Shown in pieces: positions 40,087-54,571 of a stretch of DNA of 64,000 bases (its first letter is position 1; each line of letters starts with the position of its first letter). This stretch comes from Antedon mediterranea (lineage: Eukaryota > Animalia > Echinodermata), in assembly GCF_964355755.1 (NCBI RefSeq), contig NC_092675.1:15968912-16032911 (forward strand), read 5' to 3'. The notes beneath the pieces are model-generated. The model worked only from the letters and a program-made list of their open reading frames with translations, was not told the origin of the DNA and did not search any database. The position numbers were made by a program, and so were the translations under genes.

Positions 40087-43000
40087 TATCTATGTTATAG
40101 CAGTTTAATAATGAGTATAAAACCGTTATTAAATTTAATTGTAAAAAAAATACGATTGGCCTTACTAATAAGCCATGGTAGAATAACACGCTAATATATA
40201 ATATAACGAACATGTATCATGTAGTTACAGCCGAGACCACCAAGCTAGAGTACAACGAGTAAGCCTCAACGAAATATATCTATTATACTAAAATTATGAC
40301 AGCGTTCATCATATTCCGGATAATGTCAAATTCATACGGCTGACGTAGCCCTAGGCCCGTTGAGCTGGTGTAACCTTTTGCTAAAGTTGTCGCTACACAG
40401 GGGCCTAACGAGTCTTTGACAATCGTGTGATAAATTAGTCCTACTGGAAAGGACTATAATGATGGCTAATTTTTAAGTGTATAGATTAGGAAATCAAAGG
40501 CGTAATCTTACTACATGTATTTAAGTACTCTTTACGGTGGTATAATTAACTTGCCTGATAACAAGGATGAAATTAGGAACATGAAAAAACCTTAATACTG
40601 CACCGGTAATATACATTATTGCATATATTTCATTATGTATTATAATTTACTGTAGGCTTGCTTGCAACATTATGTACGATTAATCCATGTTTTTTGCGTT
40701 TAATCTTTTTTTCTTTTATTAATTTGTTTGTCTGAAATTGAATTTTACCAAATAAATAAAATTAAAAAATGTTTAGTAATATTACAAAACGTTCATGTGA
40801 ATTGTTACTTCCTTTCTACGACCGTTGCCGTCGATGTCATTTTATTGCTAATATTATACACCATCTTGACATAAGCAATAGGCCGAGATACTTAGCTATG
40901 CCATCTCTACTTTCGTTTGTTATTTATACATCTACCGTATTATTCACTCAAGAGCTTTTGTAAAGTTTGTGGACTTAAGTAAAATTAATGGTATCTTTTG
41001 TAAACCCTGTCTAGCCAGCAGAGTTCTAAACAGGTCAATTAGGTTAAGACACTTTATATACCAGTTCATTAGTGCTTTAGAAATCTAAATTAGGTAAGTA
41101 CTTACTGAAGATGTTTCAGTTTGTTATCAATAAAACGTTACGTTATTACATTATCACCTACTAATTCCCTGATTTGCGGGGCAAATTGGTCTTAGACACC
41201 AACAAAACAAGACGTGTTCAAAAGACTATGGAGATAAAAGAATCTTAAGTTGAAAAGATTCTGTAAAAGTGGCTTGTTTAACATGACAAATCAGAGTGAA
41301 TGACAGGATAATAGCCCATATTATAAAGCGAGTCGTAGATAATGCCAGCACCATAGAGGTGGTACAAAGATACTAGAATAAAACGTTTAGTATCGTCACC
41401 TGCCATCAAAGAAATCAACAATCAGAAAAGATGAAACTTAAGGTTACTTTCCCTGTCGTAGTACTATACAATTCATTTTTTTCTCCATCGAATAGCGAAG
41501 CAAAATTACTCCCTTTTCTCTCTTTTGTGGGGATTTACCATTGTATTTTTAGTATAAAAATGCATAGTTTTGTAATAAATTTATATTTTATTTTATATTA
41601 ATATCACTTTAGGTACGCTATGATTTTACGGTTATAAATAAATTTCGTGGAAGCAACACTTTCTATAAGAGTTATTTTTACAGAGACTCATCATAAACAT
41701 TGCTATAATTTAGGCCTTACCATGAGTATAAACTCAGCAAACAATCCACATGGTTAAGAACTCGACGCAGAAACGTAACTGTTTCAGATAACAATAGGTG
41801 TTCATAATCTAAAAACGACGGTTTTAATCCGTCTTTTGTGTATATTCGTCTGAGTAGGCAGAAATTAAGTAAAGAGAGTTTTTATACACTTTTAACGCGA
41901 GAATAAATAAAAATAGTAGCCGTTACATGTCATATTTTTATAACGCCATTAGCGTCAATTATAAGTTTCAGCCGTAATTAAACTCTGTAAGTGTATCAAT
42001 AAACATGCCTTAAGTATAAGCCGCAATTATGAGGTCAAAAAATCACATCTTAGTTACGATATCCTGAAAGTTAGAGAGTTATAATAACAAAAAAATCGAA
42101 TAAACTTATCACCATGGTAATAAAGTTCATTTATTTAATTGATAATACAAATATATAAAATAACTATGTGTTCTTATTTAGGACCGTTAATGTGAATCAA
42201 TGTGAATATCTCTTTCCATTAAAACACACAACATTGTTTTTAAAGTAATTTGGGTTGAGAGTATACGGTATTGAAAAAAAGATAAACCTTAACCGCAATT
42301 AACTATTTAATAAAAGAATCAGTTCAACAGCAGAATATTATTTACTATAAATTATAAAAAATAAATAATGAGACAACTTTTAGTTATTATTGATTATTCA
42401 TAATAAATAATATTTTTTTCATTTAATGTATTTTTCTTTAGATCTTCTTTGTTAAGAGTTTATCTTTACACGTAATACACGTGTTATTACCTCTAACAAC
42501 CGAAACAAATAAGTTTGTAACAAAGAGACACAATCATAATTGATAGCCAAATATACATGATTCATTCATTCATTCATTTCATTCAATGATAAATAATAAA
42601 CAATGTCATATATTTAATTTCGATTTGACGGACTGGACTGGTGTTCGACGACGGTGCGCTTTATTGATCGTTATTGTTTAGTGTTTTCAATTTAAGTGCT
42701 ACCGACAAAAAAACACATTTCATATTTCAATTATACACTCAGTTTCAGATGCATCTGCCCGTAATATGGATAATCTTAAATCTTTAGGGTTAACTTTCAA
42801 AGTTTTACAAAACCCAAAAACATGTTCGCTTGGTTAGTAACACTCGGTGTATCACACGTGTGAATTCCAAAACACTGATACTTCAACATAACCAAATCGG
42901 TTGACTGGTGTATTTTTTTGTTGTGTTTTGACGGCATAGTTATTTTCTGATATTTTATAACTGATATGACTGACTAATGGACCGGAACGAAGGAACCATT

Positions 43001-44797
43001 TCGGTAAACAACATATTCACAAAGTAAATAATTTGCCCACGCCTTACATGTCATTTAATACTTCTTAAAGGTTGGAAAATACTTAATTTATGGGATTATT
43101 GTTTGCCAAAATGTGTTTGTTTCAAGTGTGAGTAGTTGTTACATTTTATTTGGTAATAAGATCAGTGTCCATCAAAATTAATCAATATGTCAAAAACAAA
43201 CCATTTTAAATATAAACAATTATCAATTCCTTAAATTTAAATTCTTCATGATTAACATTTGATTTTAAATTATAATTTCATTTCTCATTTTAATTACAGT
43301 ATTAAACCTAAATATACACCATCATCATTTTAATTTAAGACATATTTATACAGAATGCCAGGAAATAAAGCTGACAACTGGTTTGCATTCTTGTTTGTTA
43401 AAACATTTTAGAACAAAAAAAGAAACGTTATACAGTGGAATGACGCTGGGGCACTAATATAGAAAAAGAGAAAATAGAAAAATGTTTTTTTTTTTGTAAT
43501 GAACTTGAAACTTTGAATAGAAGTGAATTGTTGTATTTGTACAGATATATTATATTAAACTGTAATGCGTAGTAGAAGTTTAACTTGTTCATTCTTATAC
43601 TTTTTCTATGAACGTGGAATATAACGAACAATGTTTGAATAATATGAAGACTTTTATTGTAAATTTAAATTATTACAAGTAGGAGTGTTTGTTTTTAATT
43701 ATACATTTTTTTTATGTTATCACCTGAGAAAAAGTGTGAACAATATGGTGCAATGTTGAATCGTTAATCCCGCCCTATAGAAAACTGATTTAAACTGACT
43801 TGCCTTCGAGACACACTAAACACGTCTTTATAAAGTACCTTTTAAAAGAAAAACAATCGAAAGAGCTTTGTATTCATTTACGAACTCTTGTTACACTTTT
43901 TAGTAACCAAGTCAATTAAAACTAATAATCTTTACAACAGGTTTAATAATCTACTTTAAATGGTGAATACAATACAATATATTGTGTATGGTACCGGTAA
44001 ATATTAAATGGTAAATTTGTAATTTACAATGATTTAAATTGACGTACAACAAGTTGATGTTAGTGTTTGGTAGGTGTTTAATTGTTTAGAATATTTTGTA
44101 CAGATATCAGACGTCAGTAGAGTTATTGTTAATAATAATACTATTGAACATTAACATTAAAAACATATTTGTTTATCTAAATCATTTATGTTACTTTCAT
44201 TTTTAAAATGTTTCCAAATCAAATAGAATTGATAATATTACGCACGAGTTTAAATGTTGATAAAGATTTTAGAATTGAACGAGTTTGTATGCGCGCGTAA
44301 TTTTTATGGTAGTTCAAAATTTTTTTCACAATTGTTTGTTTATAAATGTCTTTATAAAGGTAAATAATACTTACGGTCCCATAACATCCCCAAGTATCCA
44401 TATCCTAGAAAATGGAGTTAGCCTTTATATTTTTGTTACATTGTGTTTGATTTTAATCACGATAACATTGATCTGAACCAACACGCGATAAACATCAGGT
44501 TTTCTACAGTTGAATTGAATAACACGTTTGTAATATAACTTCCGCCGTATTACAAATACTAACAAAAGTTCATTCTTTTTATAAGCCATAATAATACGAT
44601 TGCTGTGTATATTGCGGTACAAATTCAATGAAACAAACGGCTTTGAATTTATAAAATGGTAATTAGAAAAATATATAAGTATATAACATAATTGATATAG
44701 AATAATATAATGTATAAGTGTGCACTATTACTCATTTAAATCATTGTAAATTAAACTATTTACCAATGTACAATACATATTATATGATATAATATTT

Positions 44798-45330
44798 TTT
44801 TTTTTTTATCTTATGTGGGTTCATCCCACTTTTATTTCCATACCACTGTTCTCTTTACATATATTTTTCACTATACACTATACATATCATTATATTTACA
44901 ATGTTTGTTTAATCATCTGTATACATATACTTATTTAAAGAGTTTTATTCATTTGTTTACATATTATCACATTGATTACATAGCTTCCTCTTTTTAAACA
45001 TATTATCTGTAACACATTTTCATTAACAAGCTTATTTTTTTTCTTACATAGTTGTTTTTGATTTTTTTCATCTACCACATTTTCATTTAACAATGCATAT
45101 TCTCTGTTATACTCATTACTTACTAAATGTTTACTGTTAACATAATATTGTTCTCATCCTTTAACATTAATATTCATATTTTTGTTCTTTAATGTTTACA
45201 AAACCAGCAGATCCTTTTTTGCATCTATAACTTCTTAAATTTTCATTTAACTTTTTTACTTTCTTCTCTTATGTGGATTCATTCCACTTTTTTTTTTTTA
45301 CTTATTTTCTTTAAAAAAAAAAAAAAAAAA
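44798..45330. mobile_element. Retroposed insertion with a 16-bp target-site duplication in Dmrt intron 1
   Basis: atatgatataatattt at 44782-44797 and 45331-45346, an A18 tract before the right copy and a T-rich body. Confidence 0.65.
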
Positions 45331-46623
45331 ATATGATATAATATTTAATATAGCATAATACGTGATATTTGTAATGTAATGTAACGGTAGGTATATTTGA
45401 TTAAACACAGATTTAATAATCGAGACATAATAATATATAATGTACGGTACTTATTTATTATATGTTTATGTTATTTGCACGCAGTGTATTTTTAGAATGA
45501 TGTTGGCGTACCGGTACATACGAAAAAATCAGCATAGACCTATAATTCTGTAATTTACGATAAAGTAAAAATGAAAAATCCAATAATCTATTGTAGGGCC
45601 TAAATATTGATTGTTGGCAGTGATGTCCGAAAATTACTAAAGGATCAAAGAAATCCAATTATTGTTGAAATAAATAAAAATATGAAATTCAATCTTTATG
45701 TGCTTAGATTGGAAAGCATCTGAAAAAATATATACCTAAAGTAATAGACATGGAAAGGACTTTATAAAGACTTTGTCTATACGTTTTATGAAGGAAAGTT
45801 ATCTCGTAGCTAATTAAGCTAAGGCCTATTGTTCTTAACGGATTTTCTATGTTTTTTCCCACCCTTTACAATCGATTCCTTATTAGGGAAACAAACCTTC
45901 AATTGCTACGCATATTCACTATCGATTCAATGACTTTTGCACCTTGGGTCATAAATTATCGACTTTAAAACAAAAGTAACTTATAATCGCTATCAACCAA
46001 CAAAGAAATAAACCGATATCAAATATACAAATGTATAAATGAATAAATATTCGTCTTTCATGCATGTTAAACTCATTAATTATGAAATAATTACTAGTTC
46101 GTTAATCATTGTAATTAATACTATTGTGCATATTAAACATGGTTTGGCTTAAATGATGCATGTTTTATTCACGTTTTCGTTTCCCTCACCTAGGGCCTTC
46201 GAACAACGTTATGTTACAAATTATATAGACCTACTTTTTGAAGAAAACATGGTAGGCCTAATAAAAGAAAAATTGATTTATGAGAAGCAAGAAGAAACAA
46301 AAGATATCAAATTCCGAATTTCTTAGGGTAATTGGTACTCGCAATATTGTACATCGATTGTCATCATGTTTAAACTTTCGGAAGAAATCAAAAAATTAAT
46401 CATAAAGTTCTTAATATAACAAGTATAGTGTACTACCTGGTTCATTTGTATTGACTTTTTTTATTTTATTTTACTTTTTTTTATTGAATAAAAGGGCGAT
46501 ACATACAGACTGTTTCATAGTTTATATAGAGCACAGCTAGATAATAGTCAATAGTGACATTCATTTCGTTTATTATGAAATAAGTACTTCAACAAAATTT
46601 TGAAATAAACTGTATATTCTTAC

Positions 46624-47023
46624 CAGGACTGTCAAGTTGTTGATATGGATCTGCTCTCTTATGTGTTTGTACTGCTACACCGTTCATTGCATAAATTGCT
46701 CCGTCCGTTGTCTCATAATAAAGACCTAATTCTTTTGCTTCGTTCTCCTCTTGTGCCTGTTGCCTTCGTAGGGCCACTTGCGCAGCCATCACCCTCTGTC
46801 TTTCTGCAATAAGGGTACATTTCGCACAAACACAGTCCCTCCATCTACAATATCGTTTATGTCCTTTCAAAGCGGAGACAACTCCGTGATTTCGGCATCT
46901 GGCGCATTTTGGTGTCCTGGGGTATGGTTTATCGGCCCGGATAAGTAAAGTCGAAGGGCCTCCAGAATGTGGTAAAGAAATATCTGACGATTGCTTAGCA
47001 TCCATTTGTCCGCCTACACTCAT
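46624..47023 (-). CDS. dmrta2: DmrtA-class (DMRTA2/Dmrt4-5-like) transcription factor, coding exon 1 (DM domain)
   Basis: [66 protein letters not shown] is a DMRTA-type DM zinc domain. 400-nt exon ending at donor G|GTAAG (phase 1, matching exon 2). Confidence 0.96.
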
Positions 47024-47139
47024 TCTTCTTGTCGATCAGACTTCAACTCAACAACTAAATGCCGATTATTATTGAAATTCAATTTATTCTCCAGTTAAAC
47101 CGCTTATGAAAAATTGACCCGGAGGTGCCAAGCTCGTAC

Positions 47140-47400
47140 TAATGTCACAACTTCTTAGCACGAATATCTTGTATCGTTCAGGCTCGTGGCTGTGTCTGTA
47201 TTGCTACATACAACAAAGTGTGGCCCGCCCTCTTGGCTCTTTATCGCTCGTTACAATATTTCGTCAAATGTGACAGTCACCTCGACGGGTTGTCCATTAC
47301 TTGACGAGTTTCTGATTGGCTGTTGTCAACTTAAGATATCAAACTTAACCGTGACGTCACAAATACGGTATACTGACTTTTCAATAAGGTCACCACAAAC
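47140..47400 (-). promoter_or_regulatory. Candidate proximal promoter of the Dmrt gene
   Basis: GC box (47225-47230), CCAAT box (47315-47319, minus strand) and a palindromic CRE GTGACGTCAC (47351-47360) just upstream of the ATG. Confidence 0.55.
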
Positions 47401-47582
47401 CATTGTAAGGTTTGGTAGTTACCCAATGTTTTGTCAAAATCGAGATCTGAACAAATATAACGGAAATAAAACATCATCAATGATAATAAAAGAGTACGAA
47501 CAATTTAACTATAGAATACTGTCAATACAGACCTACTTTCTAAAGTGTATTTTCACAGATCTGATATATTTTCTTAACTGAA

Positions 47583-47845
47583 TTAACTGAGGAGAGTGTG
47601 CTAGACTCAATTAGAAAACAAATTACTGCCTTGAATACCAAAATAGAACATAAGTTCTCTAAAATGAGTGCTAGTTTCTATGAAGTAAATACTAAGGTAG
47701 ATGAATTAAAAGCAAACATAAGTGAAATAGATGAAAACGTAAAGATAGCTGACGAAAAATGTATGTAATAAGTACTTCCATAGAACAGATTGAAGGTAGA
47801 CTAACAGAGCTAGAGAAAGAAAATCCAGAGTTAAAAAAGAAAAAA
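47583..47845 (+). pseudogene. Coiled-coil coding remnant, probably LINE ORF1
   Basis: Open frame LTEESVLDSIRKQITALNTKIEHKFSKMSASFYEVNTKVDELKANISEIDENVKIADEKCM*, continuing after a frameshift as IEQIEGRLTELEKENPELKKK; heptad pattern. Confidence 0.5.
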
Positions 47846-50800
47846 AATCATTCTTTCTGCATCTAATATATATATATATATACTTCGGGGGCCTACCGGT
47901 ATGTGCTGTACAAATAATGCCCTAGACCAGGAGTCTAGGGAAGAAGAAGAATGAAGAAGAAGAAGAATAAATTAAATACACTAATAAAATGTAAATAAAT
48001 AAAACCAAACGATGTGTTTAACCTCATCCCATGCAGATCTATTTCAAATATTTTGTTGTTGATGTCTTGTAGTATTATAATTACTAAAATGTATAAGACA
48101 ACATGAGAAAATGAAATATTCGTTAATATCTATTCATTCGGTCATGTTATTATTCTTTATATCTCAGCTCTAAAGAAAACTTAAAATACAGTGTTAGCCC
48201 TATTTATTCTTGAAATACGGTATATCGCATAGAACGGATTCGAATAAATGCAGGTTTGGCCTAACAACATATAGGAAGAATCAGATAATTTAAATTTTTA
48301 TTTAAATTTTAAAAATACAGTTTTGTATAGGATGTAACACATACTGAAAAGTAGCTTTAGGCTAGCTCGTGTTGTACATTAGCCACAGACAGGATCCGTG
48401 ATCCTTGTGCTAGGCTGGCGAACTTATCCCCGCGTGACCTGTCCTCAGGCAACAAGCAGAAGCCTCATAAGTGTACGATAAAAATGTAATTTATCTTTTT
48501 CGTTATCAAATTTTATAACAATCAGTCAATTAATAAAATAAAGTAAAAGTCGGTGAAATATGAATATATTCAATTACCAGTTCTTTTTTAAAATCAATAT
48601 TGTAAAATTACTTATATTTTAATAATATAGGCCTAGGCCTAAATATAAAAATGGTATTTGATTATTTAATATATCTATTTTTCTGTAACTGTATTGGTTT
48701 TCTTAAACAAAGATAAATATTGCTGATATTTGACTGATTGGCTTTTATTTTATAAGTGAAATGTTCATGTTCTTGTTCTTACAGAAAACATAAACTGTAT
48801 CGTTAACCTTACTTTTTGTTTTAAGGATCCCCTCTGGCAATATCCACGGAATAGCTGGTAACTCTCGACCCAAGGATAACGTGTAACAATTAGCCGATGA
48901 TAATTAGGCCAATTAACGGCTTAGAAACCTGCAAATACACCACACCAACCTATCGTGAATAAACAAAAATAAAAACCACGTCGGGATAGCGCTACGAATG
49001 CATCTAATTATAAGTATTAAAATACACAACACACACTTCTCTTTCAAAAGTAGCCCTAATAAAGAAGGTCTACTATATGCACACTTTAGATTTTGACGTG
49101 TGTCTATTTTTAAATACACTGCTTTCCTTCAGTCCTGTACAATAGATAAATTAAAATGGTTTCTTGTAAATAACAAAAACTTTGAATAAAGATAGTAAAT
49201 AATATTAGTTGATTGATTTGCGAAGATAATAAGCGACAGTCAATCTCAGTTGACTAACCATTGTTAGGAGCAAAATCATTGTGGCTATAGCTACAAGAGT
49301 AACAGGGCCAAAGGCAACTTTCGGCCAGGAACAAATCTTCAATCCGTGTGTCCGTATTTTGTGGGTTATCTTGGGGTTAGGGCCTAAATAATCCCAAAGT
49401 TGAACATCTGCGGGTAAATCAGATCTGATAAGATGAAACTGAGAAACTAACGATTATGCTTTACAATAAGTCGATTACAATCAATTAGCCTACACTGGAG
49501 AAAACAAAGTTACTATCAAATACATTACACAATAGAACATTCGATGCACTTTAGTCGGATTGTACAGACAATGTTATTTTTGTCCTACAGTTTTATTGCT
49601 CGCCACGAACAATACACAGCCACCTGTAAATATTTGTATTATAAAAATATGTTAATAAAGTATGACATTAATTCTTATGTTGATTATGATTTTATATCCT
49701 TAATTTAGTGATCGTTGTTTTTCTTAATTTGATTCTTATAAATTGTAATCTGCGTCTTTGTGCCTAAATTTTGCATGTTTACTTCTTGATTCTACAGTAA
49801 ATGTTTATAAATGAATGCTTCAACTCTTTTCTCTCTAGGGGTAAATAAATTATTGTTTGAATATTAAAATAAAAATAAAATATGTAGGCCTTACATACTT
49901 AAAATCTTCCATTGAGGTTTGCAACAAAATTTAAAAACACTAATTGTTTATGCCAAAGCGAACTTGTGTTTCTAATTCCTCGAACATCGCAAAATGTAAT
50001 CAAAACGAACACTTTATTTAATGTTTCTATTTTACGCAACCATTTTTTAAAGTCCCTTGTGGAACTTTATTGTTTGCAAAAATATTCAACTAATGTGGTA
50101 TTTATATACGTTAGTGAAGTGTTTATTGATAAAAAGTCGCTTATGTTTCCAATATATTATCACTACGTGTTTGTATTCTTGTAACTACTGCATTGGAAAC
50201 TAATATGGTGGTAAACACTTATCACAAATGTGTTGTTACCTTCACGAAATAACAGTATCGGGAAACCTTATTGAAAATACTTTTGTTCACATAATAAAGA
50301 TATATAGTATCTATCAGTGAACCACCGTAGCAGAAAATCAGTGTGATCCAAGAAAACGAGGCGTGAAATGTGAGTTTTGATCTTGAATTCTTTTTCGGAT
50401 AAAAGAATAGTTATATGAAGCAATGGGCGGCGGCGGTTTTTAAATGCAATCATGCGCGCGAATTCATTCTTGCGTACCGTCCCGAGTCCAGCTGGCGTTA
50501 CAAGCAGTAGTTAACTTTTAGATTTCTTGAGATTAATTGATTTTCAACACCTCCAGAGACTCATCTCCGTTGAAATGAAAATAAAAATAAACAAACATTT
50601 AAACAAACATAATCCTGCCATCACACAGTTGATGTTGTTGATCACTTGGTAATTTACGTTTGCCGATGTTAAAACAGTAATACATATAAAGTACAAGTTC
50701 ATAGTAAACAAGCATACTGTAATTCTATTAAACATATTGAAAACTAAACAATTATAGGCCTAGCAAGTATAGTACTATAAATACTATAGATTTTTGCCAA

Positions 50801-52867
50801 GTAATATTAACTACGGTACTAATTGTCCAGGCATTTTGTTTCAAAATGTCTATAAAAATGTAATTAAATCAAAAGTCTACTAAACAAAAAACTTTAGTAT
50901 GTAATTTTATTTCCTTATTTTTTTTATTCATTTTTTTAAGACAGACAATTTGTTCACAGAAAATGGTGTGGTGGCAGAATACAATACTTAAATTCCATTT
51001 ACAAACAATTAGTCATGAAGATATCTGTGAGTAAATCATCAGGATATAAATAAGGATACAACTTATTATGTGTTATAGAATTAATCTCAGCAGCTGTTAA
51101 CCCAACAGCTTCCTATAGTATACCTCACTTTCCAGGTGAAGAAACTGAAGTTCTCACACCTAACGTGTTTACAACATATAAATCAACACAAATAGTCCAT
51201 AAACAATTAGGTACCTGCGATTAATAATAATTAATTTCACCCCTAGAGAGGGCGCTACAAATTTAGACAGAAACGGTCATTGGCAACCTGACTGGGATCA
51301 TTGTATTAAAACTTTAGCAGCCAATGCCCTTGCCTGGTCACCTCCGCCTGTCAGGGGAATAGATACTTCCTTATCTGAAATTGTTTCTGAATTTTCTAAT
51401 CGTTTTTAATGGCAATGCGACAAAATTTAAATGTTTTCTTGTATGGAAGGTTGAAGGTGTCACTGTTAATTGCTCAATAGGTGAAATATATTCGGAATGG
51501 CGACCGTAAATCAGGAACATTAAGAGCGACAAAATGATTACTCCCAGACACAGTATCCATAACGGGCTCCAAGATTTATCTGGATACTCAATACTAAATG
51601 TATCATTTCCCTGATAGACATATATATCATATCAATAATTTTCATTGCCGAATAACTGGACGGACACTCACTGTTTCGCTTCCCAATTTCAGAAATTGCC
51701 ATCTCTAGCTAACCATAATAATACCAAGGCAATGTGGTTTGATTGACTTGCTAATACAGGACTAGCAATAGCAATTAAACAGCCTGATCTAATTTGAGGC
51801 CTTATAATCTTATCAATTGACAGATCTTGGTACATTTATAATATTTCATTAAAATCTATTTTAAATTTCGGTAAAACTCGGTACCGGTAAAAATTTACCA
51901 GATAAGCGGATGCATGTCATATTTAGGTTAATTCACATCACAATAATTAATATACCGTTTTACAATAACTTTATAGTGACACACAGACGGAGCAGTTATG
52001 TGGGTGTCTTGTCATTACTCAAAGTCAATTTATGTCATATATCTTTTTAAAATAAATTCTATATTTAGACATCATTGACCACTTTTTGAACGAGACATTT
52101 TGTTAACGTTTAATTTAAAACTGTGATCAGAAGACGCGCCTTCCTTGTGACTTTTTATTATCTGTAGTGTAAAATCCCCGCCTCTTCTCGCGTTCGGTAA
52201 AAGGTGAAAATTATAGATTCTTTCCACGCTCCAAAAACAAATATATTAAGTAAGTATGTAGAAATTTGTAATTTGCTACACCTGTCTGGTTTGCTACACT
52301 GCGGGAGCCCTTTTATTCTTTTACATCCTTGACATAGCTTTCAGCCCCAGAAGTTCCATACGAATTTGAATCATATCTAGAAATGAAATCACCAATATTA
52401 AAAACACAAAGAAATGTTTAAGTCAATTACAATACATAGTTCTCTTTGATCTTCCCGATACTATTGTAATAAAACAATTGTATTTTAAGCAAGAGGAGGT
52501 TGATATCAACATTTCTCTTTGTTACAATCAACGAAATCGACGACCGGTCTACAGAAATCAACACCTTTTTCGATAGTGTTAAATTAGATTTCATAAGCGA
52601 CAATTTCTACTAATGAGTATAATTTCACAAAGAGATTAGTGTATTGGATTAAATAAGTTTATTTAAGATTTCGTTGATAACAAATTAATCAAAATAAGTT
52701 TGGATTAGGCTTTTCAGACATCTGCGCTCTTTTATTAAATTACAACATACAAATATAAAATAATTAAATAGCCATAATTTATCAATACTCAAGTAAATTT
52801 AAATAGGTAGATATTTTTTATATTACGGCATGTTCTGATTATTTATTACGCTAAAAAACCATCCAAG

Positions 52868-52948
52868 TCATCAATAGGAACCGTACTGAGGTACGTTAAT
52901 GTGGATGACGTCATCAATAGGAACCGTACTGAGGTTAATGTGGATGAT
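52868..52948. repeat. Short tandem duplication (~42 bp x 2)
   Basis: gtcatcaataggaaccgtactgaggt(acgt)taatgtggatga occurs twice. Confidence 0.85.
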
Positions 52949-54571
52949 GACAGTGGTTTTATATACAAGCTATATAACTCTAATTTTACTAATTTTAATA
53001 ACCCTAAATGAATGGTGGTACAATTTGTCTTTCACCAACATTCTAATATTGTAATGAGAACCATATTATAGGGATATCTTTGAGACCCACACAATTTCCC
53101 CTGAATAGGGGTTGGTCATAATATTCTTACACCAATATTGTCCATATATTTCCGTGTCCCATTGATAAGGGTTATCTGAAATCGTATCTACCTGCAAAAA
53201 CATAATATACTTTTAAACATCACTTTGAATAGTAATTTATTATTTGTAAATATCCTTTATGGATATGTGATAAAAACTCAATTGTACAGTATTAAAACAT
53301 ATTTATGGTGGCAAAAAGCACGCTCTAGGCGTTATCAGAGGGTTGGACATTGTCGAGTGTCGGCGTCAACATTCCCGAAATAACCGTTCAGAATTTTGTC
53401 AGAACAGGCGCACCGTAAACCCAATCAAACTTTCCTAACACAACTACAATCCGATCGCGTATTCTGCTTTTATTAATGTTCAAATACTGGAAAAGTTACT
53501 CTTTACTTAAAACCGGCTAAGGGGGACGGCACCTTTAAAGCGCCGGGATTAAGAAGCTTAACAATTACAAATCGTATGCACGAGAACAATCGACAAATTT
53601 CCGTCGCCTAACCGATACCAGAAAAAATATCAAGAAAGTTTCTTTTAGTCGCACCGCTTCTAAACAAATAGAAAATATAAGAGTATCAGTGTTACACACG
53701 AGGAATTCTGGGCACAAAATTAGTAATATATTTAAGGGGTGTAAACAAGCATATCGATGAATACTGTGTATACACCTGAGTGGCATCGGCACTTTGATGT
53801 TGGTTACGATTCGGGTTTCTGTTTGCTTTCATTATACAATTCGTAACTTTGACTCATGCAATTGTTATTATCAATAAATCACTTAACAATTACATTTCCT
53901 ATAACTTGTAAGATCAATTGTGTTTCTCTTATATTGCTTTAGTTATATATATTTTCAGTATATAAATTATTTGTTTTTTTCTTTCTTTTCAATTATTTAT
54001 TTAGCGTCAATAACAGACTTGAAGTAAGGAATTATATAAAATATGATTGGTGTTATAGTCCCTAAGGTCTCCGAGTATAACATAAATAAAATGCTCTCTG
54101 GATTTAAAAACGTTAAAAGTCATTATAAATTAATAACAATTAATGATCACAAACCCTCCATTCAGTTGGAAGAGAGTTTATAGTAGATAAAGGAAGTGAC
54201 ATGCCCAACGATAGGTTTAAAAGCAGCCAAAGTAAGCATAGCTTTATCTTTATAAGACTAAAAATAGGCCCTACATGCAGTTTATCATTTTCATTATTTG
54301 CTTCTGCAAATCTGTCTATGAGTAGTTTTTTCAATTATAGAAAATCAGTGTCTTTTTTTTTAACTAACTAACTAATAGAAAAACATAATCAAGGGACAAC
54401 TTTGACCAAATAAAGTGTCCTCTTAATAGGCGTGTGCCTTGAATTGTGGTGGTAGCCTCAATAAAACATTTTTTTTTATGATTGAAAAAAAAACAGAACT
54501 GAATACACTGAATAACTAACTAAATACCTAAACTAATCAAATACTCTAATCAAATACTAATCAAATACTAA

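Noticed and set aside
47186-47581. 131-aa plus-strand ORF over the Dmrt promoter
   Set aside because: Non-ATG start, no recognisable domain, and it overlaps promoter motifs.
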